In this document: one piece after another, positions 26,629 through 42,195 of the stretch
How positions within the stretch are numbered: the first letter of the stretch is position 1
Layout: every line of letters begins with the position of its first letter
From: Gordius albopunctatus
Taxonomy: Eukaryota
Length of the DNA stretch: 64,000 nt
Direction: 5' to 3'
Assembly: GCA_964276515.1 (NCBI GenBank)
Contig: OZ193909.1
Coordinates: 6,944,001 to 7,008,000 of the forward strand
Notes under the pieces: generated by a model
The model's input: only the letters and a program-made list of their open reading frames with translations
Databases searched by the model: none
Told to the model about the DNA's origin: nothing
Made by a program: the position numbers and the translations under genes

Positions 26629-27388
26629 CCTTCCAATGTACCTATAGAAATCCCAACCCTGAAGTGACTTATGGGGTTTGTAGGACCCAATTCTTAAAAT
26701 GATCCTAATTTTAAAACCATTACACTAACACTTCTCAAATTTTAAATATAAGTTTATTAAAGCCTCTCATAGGTTTGTAAAAAAAATAATTTAATTATAA
26801 ATCGTAATTCTAAAATTATGTGCAATTTACCAAACACAAAGTAAATGAATAAAAACCAAAATTACATGTTTTATTTTTGTAATGGAGACCAAACAGTTAG
26901 TAGAAATATAAAAAACAAATGTTTTTTTATTAAAAGAAGGTTTGAATAATATAAAAAACATGCATTCATGATAAAATGATTATACAGTAAAAAAATAGAA
27001 GACTCTAAAAAAGGGTCATTTTTAGTGTGATCAACACAAACAGGGTTTTGGCACCTATTGCACGAAAATCTTGTTTTCTATAAACAAATATAACTAGCGA
27101 TATTGATCCAAATGTTATACACATGCTTAAATTACTATTTTCAAGTTAAAATAAAAAAAAATTTTGATAAAAAATATAAAAAAAACTTTCTTAATTGACC
27201 TTATGGGGTTTATAGGACCCAAACGCTTATATCACCAGAAGTATTGAGGCAAATCCTATGAAATTTTGAGGAAATGTAGTTTTTGCATAATTATGAAAAC
27301 TCTAAAAAAACCAAATATCTAAATATAAAACTCTTTAAGTGGTGTTAAATTATAACTTTCGTGGGGTTTCTTAGACCCCATTGGAGGG
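26629..27388. mobile_element. piggyBac-type MITE
   Basis: TTAA|ccttccaatg ... cattggaggg|TTAA, with repeated ggggtttntaggaccc subterminal motifs. Confidence 0.7.
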
Positions 27389-28909
27389 TTAAAGCTTGAG
27401 ATTTTACATATATTCAAATCTTTATAACTAATTTGAGCCACTAAATTAGGCGTCAAATATTTTTGGTTATTTTTACGGATCTATTATATATAATCTCTTA
27501 AAATATTTAAAGAAATAAAATTAGTAATAATATAATGTTGGCAATATTTATTTAAAAATACTGAGAATAATGTTTTTTAGGTTGAAAAAGATGAGGCCGC
27601 AAAAATCACCACTTTGTAAAAACGTCACCTATTTTTAAACATTTAAAGTTAGTATTAGCGAAAAAACTAATTAATTGCTATGAAATATAAGCTATTTATT
27701 ATTTCATATTTGTTCATTCTTTTGGCAATAAATAATTTTATCGCCTCAGCAAGTTGTAGCAATTTCTTTAACGATTTTGATTTATTCTTCTACGAATAAT
27801 AAGCACTATTATTCCACCATAATTAATAAAATATTTTAATTAATTAGTTATGTTTATAAATATAACTTGATCATTATATTTATTAATTAATTATATCTAT
27901 TGCTAAAATTTATGGTTCATATATAACTATAAAGTTGTTTATATTTATAAATTACTAATTTATCTTTAACATTGCTATGCAAACCGAGAATTAAATATTC
28001 CAGTGTTCTAAAACTATTTTACGGCAAAAATTTTCTACCGTTTATTAGCAAATTACAAAATTTAATCACATATCGTTATATCTTTAATAAAAACATTAGA
28101 CTAACTTAAAATTTTATATTGACTTTATCTAATTTTGATGATATATATTCAAACATCAAGTAAAGTGTTAAAACCAAGTAAAATTAACTTGAATGTATTG
28201 ATAAAAAGATTTTTTGAATACCTCGGACATAAATAAACATGTTAACTTGTTTGAGAAGTAATAACCTTTTATTTTTAATTACTCAAACCAATGGGAGACT
28301 GATTAATTTTTAGCGCAATCGGGGGTGTGCTAATGTAATCTGTTAGAATGTGACATTTTTAATCCTTCATTCTTATCAAAAGTAATGGGATCCATAATCA
28401 TTTAATATTAATTATTTAATTTAGCAAAAAATGAAATGTTTTGTTTAGTTCTTTGTAAAAGAAGAAAGCCTAGGAGAATGGGGCAAAATTAATTATATGG
28501 CCATGTATGGATTTCTTAGAAGTACGTTAATTAATCAACATATTATATAAGACAACTAATAATAAGTTACGAATCTTGCCTTTTTCTTTTGTCATGATTA
28601 AATTAGATGCGGGTATCATAACTGCTTTTTTGAAAATAACGGCGTAAATTTGAATGACATTTTAAATAAAATTTTAAAGATTGATCAAAATAGACCTTTT
28701 TAAGCAGTACTTTGTGAAATAAATAAAGAGCAGGACTTTCAAATGGGTCTACTTATCTTGAACGGGCATTTGGCAACATGCAAGGCCATCGGACTTATCT
28801 TTTTAAACACTTCAGTAAGCCAAGGGCCTCCCTGAATTTAGAAGGTCAAAACTTAGTAATAATTTGGGGGGGGGGTGTGGATAAAGTCCTGCAAAATAAA
28901 ATTTTTTCT

Positions 28910-29531
28910 GCCGAACCCGGCCAGAGCCCGAAAGATTTTTTTTATTTTTGGCCCGAACCCGAGCCCGACCCGATCTTTTATATAAAATTTTTGATAAATA
29001 TATTTTTTAAAATTATTTCACCATCTTAATATAAAATGCATTAGATTGTTATTACACGTATTTACAACTAGGATAAGTTTGAAATAAAAAATATTTCACT
29101 CGTTATAATTTATTCGGTTAATCATTTAAAGCTAAAAATTTAACTTTATAATATATATTTTTAACAGTTCAAACAAAAAAAACTTTTTAAAATATTTACT
29201 TATCTTATTTCTAAAGTTGTCACAGCTACTATAAATCTATTTAAATACTAGAATAAGATTTGCAATTCAGGTCAGTTATATTATAATAGACAAGGGAAAA
29301 AGCTAAAGTTTGGAAGCTATATAATGTACGCTGTGCGAAAAATAATGATTTAATATCGAATTTTATTTAAATACTATTTTATAAGAGATTAATTTGTTTT
29401 AGTTCAATTGGGGCCGGGCTTCCCGAGGGCCGATTATATTATAAAATTTTGCCCGAGTCCGGCCCAAAACCCGATCAGGCCGGGCCGGGCTCGGTCCGGG
29501 TCCGGCTTTGGGCGGCCCGCGCGGGGCTCTA
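28910..29531. mobile_element. hAT-like MITE remnant with cccga/tcggg subterminal repeats
   Basis: Oppositely oriented gcccga clusters. The right end ggcccgcgcggggctcta looks like a TAG-type TIR; no left TIR or TSD found. Confidence 0.5.
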
Positions 29532-31525
29532 GGTGTGGAAAATAAATATATCTACGTAAAAACATGATTGCTTAGCAGGTTATTGCATTTTAGAAATTTG
29601 GGAGGGGTTAGCAGCTTCTATATGATCTACACGTGTTTAAGCAATTTAGCTCAAGTAGATTTTTTGTTAGCAAGGACAGCGTATGTCTTCAATTTGAACG
29701 CTTAGCTTTATATTAACTGGAATTTTTCTGTTGGATTGAATTGTAAAGGAAGAGTTTACACCCCATGCAAATTAGGATAAAACTTTTAAATTTCTTGTGT
29801 TTTATCAAAAATACTAATATATTATACTACGACTATTGAAATCATTTTTGTCCCCGCAAATAAGTGTTGGAAATTTTTATATGTCTTTTAATTCATCCAA
29901 AGTACATATATTATTACTATTAATAAAAAAAATTTCTAGCATGACAATTAACCAAGTTCATACAAAATAAGAAACACTGATTTTATATCAGTAAAAATTT
30001 AGTAATTTTATAAACGCTCTTAGTAAAATTGAGAGAATTGAAATAAATTACATTATAAGCATTTTCCCAAAACAACGTTAACTTTTGTTTTGTTTTAACT
30101 TTAAAATTCATAGATGATGGTTAAAAGATAAGTAAAACATATAAATTTCCTAATTATATATACCAGGTGATTTTAAAATTTTAACTAAGAATCGTTTTTT
30201 ATATTTATTCAAATTTGAACAGAAAATCTACAGTCGCTCATGGTTAGCACGTCTTTTGGGATAGATTCCTGTAGACCTAATTAACAATGGCGTAGCTAGC
30301 CTTTTTGCCTTGGGGGACTGAGCTGGTCAAATAGGGGGGGGGGGGCAAAAATATTTCCTACGCCCACCTTTAAGAATAAAAAATATTTATGTTTTGCCCC
30401 CCAATCCAAATCCTAAATACGACCATGGGTCAAATGCAATTGAAAAATTTTCCATCATGAACGTTGGACAAACTTAAAACTCCGCTACTACTTTGTGTAT
30501 TTTTTCCATTAAAATCACACTAATATGTCCCCTTATGTTTATAGAGCATAAAATAAATAAAATTTATTCATAAATAAAACAAAGTGATGTAGTTGAAACA
30601 AGATAAAAAATTTCACATGGTATAATAAGTTTTGTATAAATGAATTGTAAGGGTGAAAGTGGAACGGGGATATTGACAAGAAATCGTTGACATTTTAAAA
30701 AATAATGCAAATAGTTATAAAACTATATAACAAAGTTTTTATAAAAATTATTGCCACAACCCCAAAAATCTTGGCCATATATATAACAAATTTTAATTTT
30801 ACATATGCAATATTGGCAGCATTTTTAGGCAGCATTTATATCAGGATAACAATGAGAACATTTAAAAGCCTTTTTTAAGGTGATGCTCCAAAGGCGTAAT
30901 TATAACATAAAATTTAAAAAAATTAATTATGAAATTAAAATTCGTTAAAGAATAAATATTTAGAAGTTATTGCCCCTGATATTATAGATATATTTGTACA
31001 ACCCCCCACCCCCCTTTACATCACCTAAAAATTAAAATGAACTGATAAATTTAACGGCTAAATGAACCTTAAAAATATTCTGTCACAATTAAATGAATCA
31101 AAGTTTTATTTGATATGTTTAGATGAAATTAGAGATGTGAGATGCACAGAACAACCTAGCGTCCAAAGACAAACATAATGATTTTTTTTAGGATTTTTAT
31201 CCATTGAAAGTTTTGATGCGTTAACAATTGTATAAAATTCAGCAATTGGTTATTAATATTAATTTATCAATCTTATGATAGGATATCACTAATAAGGCGA
31301 AAAAATGGTGTGCAAAAATTTTTTGGACAACTATTGGCTTTATATGTGCATGTGGTGGCACATAAAAATATGCAAGATATGTTAAACAATAAGCATGTGA
31401 TATGGACAATTAAATTGAAACCAGGATGGAATTTTCACAAAATTTAATAATATTTTAATTTTGGAAGTGTTAAAAAGTTTAAAACATGTTTAAAAGCCGA
31501 GATAATTTTTCATTAAATATTAAAA

Positions 31526-31879
31526 TTAGTCTTTTAATAATATATCATTACGCCTTTTACTCGATGTTGCAAACGAATTTATAATATCATCCAGGGGAAT
31601 AACATTTTTAAAGTCATGTTCTAAGCTCAATAAAGCTAAGGAAGATAACCTATCTTGTCCAATTTCGGAACGAAGATAAGTTTTAATCCGTTTTTGCAAT
31701 GAGAACGATCTTTCGCATGAACATGAAGTTATTGGGATAGTTAAAATTATTTTAATCAAAATAGTAAAATTTGGAAACACTATTGGAGGCAACATTTTAA
31801 TAAGTGAAAAAATATCATTGCATTTTATTTTATTTGAAGATAAAGAGTTATTATAATGTGTTACAAAAATTTTTGCCAT
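31526..31879 (-). pseudogene. hAT transposase C-terminal dimerisation-domain remnant (ZMYM1/PRKRIR-like)
   Basis: FPNFTILIKIILTIPITSCSCERSFSLQKRIKTYLRS...RLSSLALLSLE. A TIR-like ctagctacgccactg lies at ~32674-32688. Confidence 0.85.
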
Positions 31880-34859
31880 TTTTATTTCGCCGTCTTCCAG
31901 TTTTAATTCATAATGGTTGATTATTTGTGATAAAAGATATTTATCGCAAAAAAGGGGGATGAAGGGTTTAAACCTTCTAAGGACTTATATAAATTACAAT
32001 TAATTCCCGAAAATCTTATGTTTAATTCTGCTATTATTCCATCGATGATAGGATAATATAAATCAATTTCAAAATCAATCTTTTATTTTTATTATTGGAA
32101 TTTTCTAGAATGCCATTTTCAATTAAATTAGTAAGACGTATATAATGAATTACTCGAGGTTGAGGATAAAGAGCTATTACTATTACTGCCAATGTCAATG
32201 TAATTCTCCTTTTCATTTTCTATAAATTTGTATTTGAATAAATGAATGAAAGCACTAACACTAAGTAAATACCTTTCAGGACTGCTTTTTTTCTTCATCT
32301 AATATTATATTTATATAAACCTAATAATAAAAATTTTTAAATACCTATTTGATTTAACCTATTGCATGGAGCTAAGGGCTTTAAAAACATGTTAAGCTTT
32401 AATTGCTTCTTGCTCTTGCTATTCATATTAATTAATAAAAGTAAAGTGTAAATTAATTATAAAAAACTCTGGTTTTAAATTAATATTAATTTTGAAATTA
32501 TGTAATTATGTCAACTCAACAATTTTATACAAATTTCACCTTTTATTGTCTTATACAGCATCTTTATTTTTATTTGTAATATTATAATTAAAACTTTTAT
32601 TTAGAAATAATAATAATAATCTTTTTATTGTTTCTTAATTAAGATTAAAAAAATCGGGCCCCCTGGCCCCCCCCCTAGCTACGCCACTGCTAATTAATAA
32701 AACTTTTAACAAGTATAGTGTTAAATAAGGAAAGGCGACAGCCTTAAATTGATTTACGAGTTGGGTTTTGGCAGAAATCATTAAAGTAATAAAATAATAA
32801 TAAAGTTGTACGTGAAACATTAAATATTTATAAATTAAAAAGTTATATGATTCTCCAACTATGCTATAAGTTTCTAGTTTAAGCACTTTTGAGGAGATAA
32901 TTGGATTATTCCATAGCAGTGAAAAATAAGGATACAAAATATTTATGAGGTTGTTTGAGATTCTTGCTATAGGCTTTTGATAGACTATATAAAAATATAT
33001 TTACTCCGAAAATTAATTAAGGTAATGGAGAATTAATAGGGTGAAATAGAAATGAAAATATAGCAAAACAAAGAAAAAGCTAACCTCCAATAACTAAATA
33101 TGAGTGCTAACGACAGCCACTGAAATTGTATTGTGCCCTTTAAAAATTTTAAGACCGATTAGGAAACGTATTTAATGTGAAAAGGTTATAAATTCTACAA
33201 TTTAACCTATGATTGAAAATATTATTAAGGCATACCATGGTAGAGCTAACAAAACTATTTTAGTGATCGAGTTAAAAATTTAGATAAATTTAAAGAGAAA
33301 ATTGTTGTATTTATGATTTAATTTAACTATTATCACACATGCTTTTTATGTTAAAAGAATAAAATAACTAACAATAAAATGCGCTTAAAAACTAAATAAG
33401 TTTATTAGTTTTACACGTAATAAATTATTAATAAAAAAGCATTAAAAAGTAATTGACTAATCCATTAAAAAGGAGCCAAAAATGGGGATTATTTCATTTC
33501 AATTAATAATACCATAATGAAATTGGAAAATAGCCTTCAGTTCAGTAGAAATTGTTGATAAGGATTTAGACTATTTTACACCTTTCCCATCCGAAACATT
33601 ATTATGTAATGTAATTATTTATAGTCAAGATGTTTCTTATGGTCTCGTGGGATTAATAAAAGGAGGAAGAGGGAAAAAATTCCAAAATTTCAACCACACG
33701 GGCCATCATCAAGGCTGAAACTATAAATAATTTTCAACTTTCCATTATAATGTAATTTGAACGAAGATATGCACGGTTTTATTTAAGGTTCCTCAAAGAC
33801 AAAAATCTACCTAAAAATTATAACAATTCATTTTTTTGTGTTTTACGATTTTTACTAAAATTTCATTATTAATTACATGTTGTGAAAATTAGTTGTTTAT
33901 GATTTTGGTAGTTAATTATGTTCTTAAATAGTCGTTTTACCTTTCGTTACTCAAATACTTCATTAAAATTTGATAAAAACGTTTTCGGTTTTAAGGCTTA
34001 TATTTATTTATAGTAGTAACAATATACTTTAGGTGTAAAATATATAACTTTAAATATCAACTTATGGTTGTATATTTAATGTTATTTTTAATTGCATAAT
34101 AAAATTAGATCTTAATCCGCACTTAAAATGCTTAGCCAAGATGGAAAAATTTACAATATTTTACAATTTTGAATCTCAAATTATGTTTTATATATAAAAA
34201 AAATTTAGATCTATAAAGGGGCTATTCGCCCAAACCCACACTTAGGTATGGCCATATATCTATTGCACATTTGATTTCCTTTTATTCTAAAATATTAACC
34301 TTTTGTAAAGTAAAATAGAAGGGCTCATTTAAGTAATACTTAGGTACCTTTATTTTGGTAAATTTCTTTTTAATTAACAAATCCGTATGAAATATTCATT
34401 CATTCAATATAAGAAATTATATTTTTGTAATAATAGTTTAAATACAACAACATCTATATCAATGTAACAAATCTACGTGTTGTTAATATTTTAATTAAAT
34501 TTTCATTTAGGTTTGGGTTATGTTAATAGAATTCTCTTTTGATAATTAAATTAAAATAATAATATTTATGTATGAACTTATTTGCGCCTTTCAAGCATCA
34601 TAATGTGGTAATCATGGGCGTTGTCAGCATTGGAATTAGAGGGGGGCAATAATGATCTAGGGAGGGGCAAAATGAAATTTTTTTTAAATTTAGCCATAAT
34701 TTTACTAAATTTAAACACATTTTTGGATTTAGAGGGGGCAGCCTGCCGCCCCCCCCCCTTGCTAATGAAAGTAATTTTTTAATTATATAAAATTTACTTA
34801 TAAAATTAAATTAAAAAAATATTGTATAACCTTGCCTCGACAAGGAATTACGCACCTAT

Positions 34860-35846
34860 TAGAGATCTGCAAGGGCACGCCTGGCCACCGGGTGGATATG
34901 GATGGGCTTTGAAACTAGTAATATTTAACGGACCAAGCTCGGGTGGGCACGGCATTTTTGAAAGGGGGTTTGTTTTGGAATCATAATTAAATATAAACTG
35001 GCCACAAACGGATTACTAGGTTTTTACAAGTAAAAAAATCATTTGAAAAGAAAAGATATTATTATACTATGTTTAAGATAAACAGATGGCATGGATTAGT
35101 GGATGGAAATGGAGAATTCGCATTATTATTTATTAATTCTAATCCTATGCCCACGTTCAAAAAACATTCCTAAAGCCTTTCACTTTAATTTAATTTGCAT
35201 TTTTGGCGCTATATTGATTGTAAAAATATTGCTTGAATTTAATTATATTTCCTGGTGTTTGACTTCACTTCTTCTTCATATATTATAGCATTTCTGTTTA
35301 GAATCCATTTTAATTCTAGTTGAAGGTCAATACATTTTTAAACTTATGTTTAAAATGCTTAACAATAAAAAGCGAGCGCATAAATTGCATAGCAATTATT
35401 AATCTAGTAAGTAGAGCTTATTGCATAAACTTTATTGACCTTCGCCAATTTTTAGAAAAAAAGCATTACATTTATAAAGACTGTGTAGTCACCTATGGAC
35501 ATGTGCATCTCTGATAACACAAATAACTTGGCATTTATTTGATTTTCGGTACTATATCCTTCGAAAAATCTAGTACACCCCATTTATTTACGAAAAGAGG
35601 AGATAAATTAAAAAATGAGATTAACAAATCACACCTTTGGTAGTTATACTAAAAATTTCTTTTATATTTTAAAGATGCGAATATAGTAAAATCCTTAGAA
35701 CACTCACTCAATTGATAGTATGGGCCAATCTAGATAGGGAGTTGGGCTTGAAGTGGATGAAAAAAAATACGGACGGCCTTGGGCGGACTTTTAAGTTTTT
35801 TAGGTGGCCGGTGAGAGCCGTCCCTAAAAACGGACCGTTGCAGATC
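34860..35846. mobile_element. Diverged member of the tagagatctgca-TIR hAT MITE group
   Basis: Starts tagagatctgcaaggg and ends ccgttgcagatc, with cgggc-type subterminal repeats. Confidence 0.6.
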
Positions 35847-38800
35847 GAACACATTTTGAGGTTATAGATTGTACCTTTAACTAAAGCAGAATAAAATTTT
35901 ATAAATTGATATACGTTTATTGTTAGCTAATTCTTTAAACATAATGTTAAGCATTTCATTTCAATACCATTTCGTTTTATTGTGCTAAAGATTAGCTTAA
36001 TCCAAATTAAACTTTCAAAGGCATCAATGTTTTTAATATATACCTACTTTTTTATGTCAATATTAAAAACAAATAGAGTTATGTCGAATGTCGTCGTCTT
36101 GTAGATAGATGGGAGATAAAAAAAAGCCAATGTCAAGAAGTTTTAACTTATAAAACATTAATATTTAAGAGTATTTTTTGACTACATATATAAAAAGTAA
36201 TACTATCTTCCACTTAAATTGATTTTAAATTTCAAATACAAACTTTGAACAGAGCGATATCAAAATTTTAATTATCCGCTTTCTTACCCTTAAATTGTTC
36301 AAGTCTTTCAATTGATAAATATCACACGTTTCTATAATTAAGAGCCGTGAAAATGAATTTAAATGACACGCGCAGCTTACATTAGGACAGTTTATCATTA
36401 AAATAAAGCTGCGTTTACTCTTTATATTAATTGCTTTGCAATTTATGGGCTCGTTTTTTTTATATATAATTTATATTGATTTAAAAAGGCGCCTAGGTTA
36501 AATGCGATTTGGTTTTCTAATCGGAAAAAATAAATTCGGACAAAATGTTTAGTACGCGGGAGGGGGGGGGGCACGATAATAAGTTTTTAATCTTTATGGA
36601 CTTTTACATTTTTTTATTTGTTTTAAAAAGCAGCTGAGCCCCTTACCTTCTAGCTACCCCATTTCATTAGACATAAACATTAATTATAAAAGAAAACTAA
36701 ATTGGTTGCCTGTAGTTAATAGTAAATTTTCAATAATTCCCTTTGGCACAAACCTTTGTTAAATCTTATAATTTGCTAATCGATTTTGCAAAACTTTTAT
36801 TAGTGAAGGCGCAAACTTTATTTAATCTATATATTAGCGATCAGGAACTTTTGTCGTGTTTAATCTTTTACAAGACATTTGACATTGTTTGTAAGATCAA
36901 TATCTATGTTAACAGCCATATCAATATAAATTATAAAAATATATAATCAGTAAACAAAATATTATTTTTTTGCAAAAATCTATATTTTGATAAATTCTCT
37001 AAGTACCATTACTAAATGCAAAATGTGAGTAATATATTTGTAGATCAATATGATGCGCTTAAATCTCCCAATTTAAAAATCAATTAGAGTGACTATCGTT
37101 AATCTAAAAGCTTTTAATACCAAACGGGCAGCCCCATGTTTATCAATTAGACGGCTCGAACTAAACTATACACTATAATCTTTTTCCATTCTAGTAAATC
37201 CACAAATATTGCGAAATAAATTATCAAGCAAATTTAACAGCTTAAATTGAACATTCTTAAAGATTATTCACTTCCAATATTTTTTATTCGCCTGGAATAA
37301 AGGTAAAAACAAAATAAATCTCTTTTTAATATTGATAACTTATTAATATTACTAATTTAATTTCTAAATATGTCGTTGTCTACTTCGGAGATTTTTTAAA
37401 TAACAACATAGTTTAACAGAACTTAGCACTTAATAAAAAATAACACTAGGTATTACCAGGTAACAACGACGCTAGTTTAATCTATTAAATTTACTAAAAG
37501 CATTTTTCTCTTTTTTTTTAATAAATCTTGTATTTCAGTCATATTAAGTTAAAATACATGTAAGTTAGTACAATTACAAATTTAATTGGAAAAACATATT
37601 TCAAGTTTATTTAATATTGTTTATTTAAATTTTATTTGACATAATAGCCTCTAGATCATAAATTTATATAAACGTGATTTTTCTAACTAACACAACTCGT
37701 CTTAATGTTGCCGCTTTTCCAGTATAAAAGAAGGAATACCAAAAATAGGTTTGGTTATATTTTGCATTTTTAATCGCGCTTTCAAGGCGCCTTGGCAATA
37801 AAAATTAGATCATAGAGCACCTAGGTTAATTTGAGCAATTAGGCAACGTAAAAAACTATTCCTAAGGAATTACAAATTGGAGACCTTAGACCAGCTGCGT
37901 CCTAGAAGGAAGCCCTTGGGATCCTAATAAATCATTACATCAATAACGTAATAAATTATGGTAAGTGAAAACCGGCAAGGCAGCAAACATTAAGTGATAA
38001 ATATAATTCCTAAGACCCTAGTCAAAATCAATAAATACAGTGACCCTAATTCACTATAATCTTATCTCCCAAAACCACTCAGCACTTTCGATTTTTTGGA
38101 ATGGAGACTCTAATATTATTCAAAAAATTAAAAGCACCTAAAGTCGTACACCAAAAAAGAAGGCTTTTAACCTTTATTGCAAAAATAAGCATACAATTAG
38201 TTATGAAGGTTAGATGCATTAGATAAATTAAAAAAATCGGGCTATAATATAGATTATCTATTCTTTTTCCTTCTGATTATGTTTTTAACTTCAACTAAAT
38301 CCATTATACCATTAATAAAATTAACAAAAAAGTTAATTATGCCAATTCAATGCATTAGTTATCGCGTGAAATTCTCTACATCTTATAAAAAATTTTAAGT
38401 GACTCCGAACCAAATTTTAAAATTGCGAATAGAGCCCTCTCATTTAAAAAAATCAAATATATATTTTTTATGTTTAAATATTTTATTTGCGCCTCTAAAA
38501 CATCTATAAATTATCACTGTTCCTTGTCTTGTCCTCCAAGTACATAGGTTTAATGTATTTTAAGACCTAACACCATCACAACTCAATAGTTCTTTCAGTT
38601 AATGTTTCACATCAATTTGTTTATAAAAAATTAAAAAAGATGAAAGTGAAAAAAGAATATTTTTATACACCCAATGGCGTTGTCTTAAGGTAAAAAATGA
38701 AATTCTTGAAATTCTAACACTAATTTTGAAAAATGATTTAGAATTATTTTAGGAGGCAGCTGGCGTTCCCTTCATCACAGGCTAATTACTTGCTAGACTT

Positions 38801-41244
38801 AATTTAAGGAAACGGTTCTTATACATGAGCCTATATGATCCTAAACTTTTAATCGCAACAATTTTTAGATCAATTGAAGTTATATAAAATCGTAAAGATA
38901 TGTTATTTAGGCTCTTGCCATTATTAAATTTTATTTTCGGCTAAAATTATTATTTTATAGCTATGAATAATAGGAAGGATTTATGTGTTATTTTATATTT
39001 GTTTACTTTATTAAACTTAAATAAAATAAATAGCAAGCAAGATAAATTATAATATTTAAATGCCATCAATTTTATACCTTCACATTTTCTTTAAAAATGA
39101 TAGTAAATTTTCATTATTTTATTATAAATGTCATCAAATTTGTTTACATTTAAAATCTATATTTAATAATTAATTAAAGCCTTTCCTTTTTAAAATATTT
39201 TTCATATTTGTAGCCCTAATAAAAAGGGTATTAAATTTTAAAGTTTTTTTATTTTAATAAATCAAACCTTTGACATATTTTTTAATGAAATTAAAAAAAT
39301 TAAGTTCGTTGATTATAGAGGGTTCAAAAAACATATGAAAAGTTTTTTATGCGATAAGGTCGATTTTACATATAAGCTCACCCGATTATTCTACTATTTT
39401 TATTTCATACACATAAAATTTATAATATATTTTAGTCTTTTACATGTAAATCTTAAAACAAATTGCCAGAAGCTCCAAATCGCTAATTTTATAAATATTT
39501 ATGGCTAACTTATGCGATTAATTTTTCATAAATCAAGTTCAGCTTGAATGTGTCAGATTAGCTGGTCAAAAATCTATGAGTTAGCCAATATCTTAATGGC
39601 AAGATTGGAGTTGTAAAACATAATAATTTTTATTGAATATTTTATGGCCATTTTCAGAAATATAGAATTATTTCTCTAAAAAAATGCATATCTTCATGTG
39701 TGAATTAGGCATACCAAATTTAAAACATGCAGAAAACTTGAAAAATTTTAGAACAAAGTAGCATAACTAGGGGGCCAAGACCCCCTCCCCCAGAAGCAAA
39801 ATCCTGGCCCCTTCGCCCCCAAATGAAAACTCCTGGCCCCTTTGGCCACAAAGCTATTATTTAATATATATTGACTCAAAAAATAATAATTTTATTTATA
39901 GGTTTTGAAATAAATCTTCTAATTGAGCTCGTTTTGCTATTTATTAACACGCAATGAAAAAGACAAACAATAAAACATATTTAAAGTCCTTAGCTTCAAA
40001 CAACCATGGGCATAGCTAGGGGGCAGGGGGGCGGCCGCTCCCCCCCCCTCCCTCCCTAAAGGACAAAAAAAATTTACGCCCCCCCCCCCTTTATCCAAAA
40101 CATGGCTACATCGATGAAATTTTCTCTCAGATATTTATGGTAAATTATTTAATTGATCATATTACAAAATAATGTTTGTTATCAATATGCCTGTTACATT
40201 GCTTTAATTTAGGTGTACAAACTCACTTGTACGCTATGTAATTTTATGGCCTCTTACAATTGCATAGTTTCGTTGTTATATAAATTAATATTAAATGCAT
40301 CATTCATGAGGGTAAATTCGCTTAAAGAGCTGAACGGCCTTGCTCTGCCGTGCTAAAACCTCAACACACGGGCCGGGATTTTTCTCTAAATAATAACTAA
40401 TTGGGGATGGGTAGTTATATGAACTAGTGGTCTCGGGCCGAGTATAGATATAATTAAGGCCGCTGAAAGCCAGTTACAAAATCATTTAGATTTTTTGTGT
40501 ATTATAAAGTATAAAAAAGGTGTGTTTTATGTTTTATATTAATTTATAATTATTTATTGTTTATTAATTTAACAATAAAAAAAATTTCGTTATTCATTCA
40601 TTCATTAATATTAAAACGCACATTTTAAATTGATTTAGCGGACCGGGTCTATCATTTATTATTTTTATGGGCACAAATCGGGCCCAGGTTTTTATATATT
40701 TGTAACTGGTCGGTTGATTGACCTAAAGAGGCCCGTTGTAGGTCTATAATTTCGCATGCTCATGTGTAAGTCGAAGGTAGGAGGGAAGATCTAAGATTTG
40801 GGAACATAATGTTGATATGAATTTAAAAAGGTTTCAAACAAATTTTGGAAAAAAATTACACAAAAATATAGCTGATTATCAAATTTGACAATCCCCACTG
40901 GTGTGATATTTAAGTTCGGCCCACCCCCCAAGGTAAAAATGCTAGCCACGCCACTAGTAGAGGGATATTCTTTATTTCGCTAACCTTATTAAAAAGCTTT
41001 CGTGCTACATACTCAATGTGTGTTTTAAAATAACTAAATAAAGACGAGAATTTTAAAATGGGCATAAGGATTAGTTCTATTTTTTTGATGATTCATAGAT
41101 ACTATTACCATTGAAGCCCATTTAGTGCACATTTAAGAAAGCACCTAATTTAGGTTTGAAATTACAATAATTTTAGGGAGCAATTTATAAATCAGTGAAG
41201 ATAATAAATTAGACTACGCGATACCTTGCCTTTAATTTTTTTTC

Positions 41245-42195
41245 CTATAGCTGTTTGTCACATTTAGTGGTCAGCTCCTTCAAGTAGGTTCTCCATGTAT
41301 TCCTGCACTTACACCAGCTTCGCTTTAGTTTGTACCTTCTCAAGTCCATATCTATTTTATGCTTCCATGTCAGTTTAGGCCTCCCTCTCTTTCGCTTACC
41401 TTTGACTTGCACTTTCTTTATACGATTTGCCAAGTGACTTTCCTCCCGTCTCTCAAAATGGCCATACCATCTCAATCTTCTTACCACCAACTTTCTCTGA
41501 ATCGGAACTACATTTAGTTTATCCCTTATGTCTTGATTCCTTATATGGTCTTTTTTGCTTATTCCCAAGATCCATCTCAACATTCGCATCTCCATTGTAG
41601 CCAAGCTTTGCTCCTCTTTCGCGTTAATTGTCCAGGTTTCCGCTCCATACAATACCGTGGGTACAATAACTGTGTTATATAACCGTCCTTTCAATTTGAG
41701 TGGCATGTGCTGCTTGTCACATAGGACACCACTCAACTCCCTAAATTTTAGCCAGCCTGCGTTTATTCTTGCCTTAATTTCGTTTTCCACACCTCCATCA
41801 CATTGTAACCTAGAACCAAGATATTTGAATTCCTTCCTGCTGCTTAAACACCAGTCATCGATTTGCAGGTGGGCTTCTTTGTATTCATTCCCCGACTCCA
41901 AGCATACATATTCCGTTTTATCTCGGTTGACCCTAAGGCCTTTGCTTTCAATTCGTTCTATCCGCACTTTTACCAGCTCTGCTAATTCCACGTTTGAGCC
42001 TGCGCACAGGACAATATCATCCACAAAGAGCATTGCCCATGGTGATTCGCGTTTCAGGTTCTTCGTTATCGAATCCATTATTGTTATGGAGAACAATGGA
42101 CTTATGGCCGATCCTTGATGCACACCGACATTTAGACTGAATCCCTTTAATGTACCACTGGATGTCCGTACTTTGGTTTTTGCGTTTCTATACAT
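41245..42195 (-). pseudogene. RTE LINE reverse transcriptase C-terminal ORF
   Basis: GVHQGSAISP, MLFVDDIVL, FKYLGS, LYGAETW motifs. Confidence 0.9.

Noticed and set aside
22708..36946. Assorted 60-100 aa ORFs in AT-rich DNA (e.g. 22708, 28778, 32034, 32635, 35103, 35320, 36743)
   Set aside because: Low-complexity F/I/K/L/N-rich translations with no motifs; several overlap MITEs.
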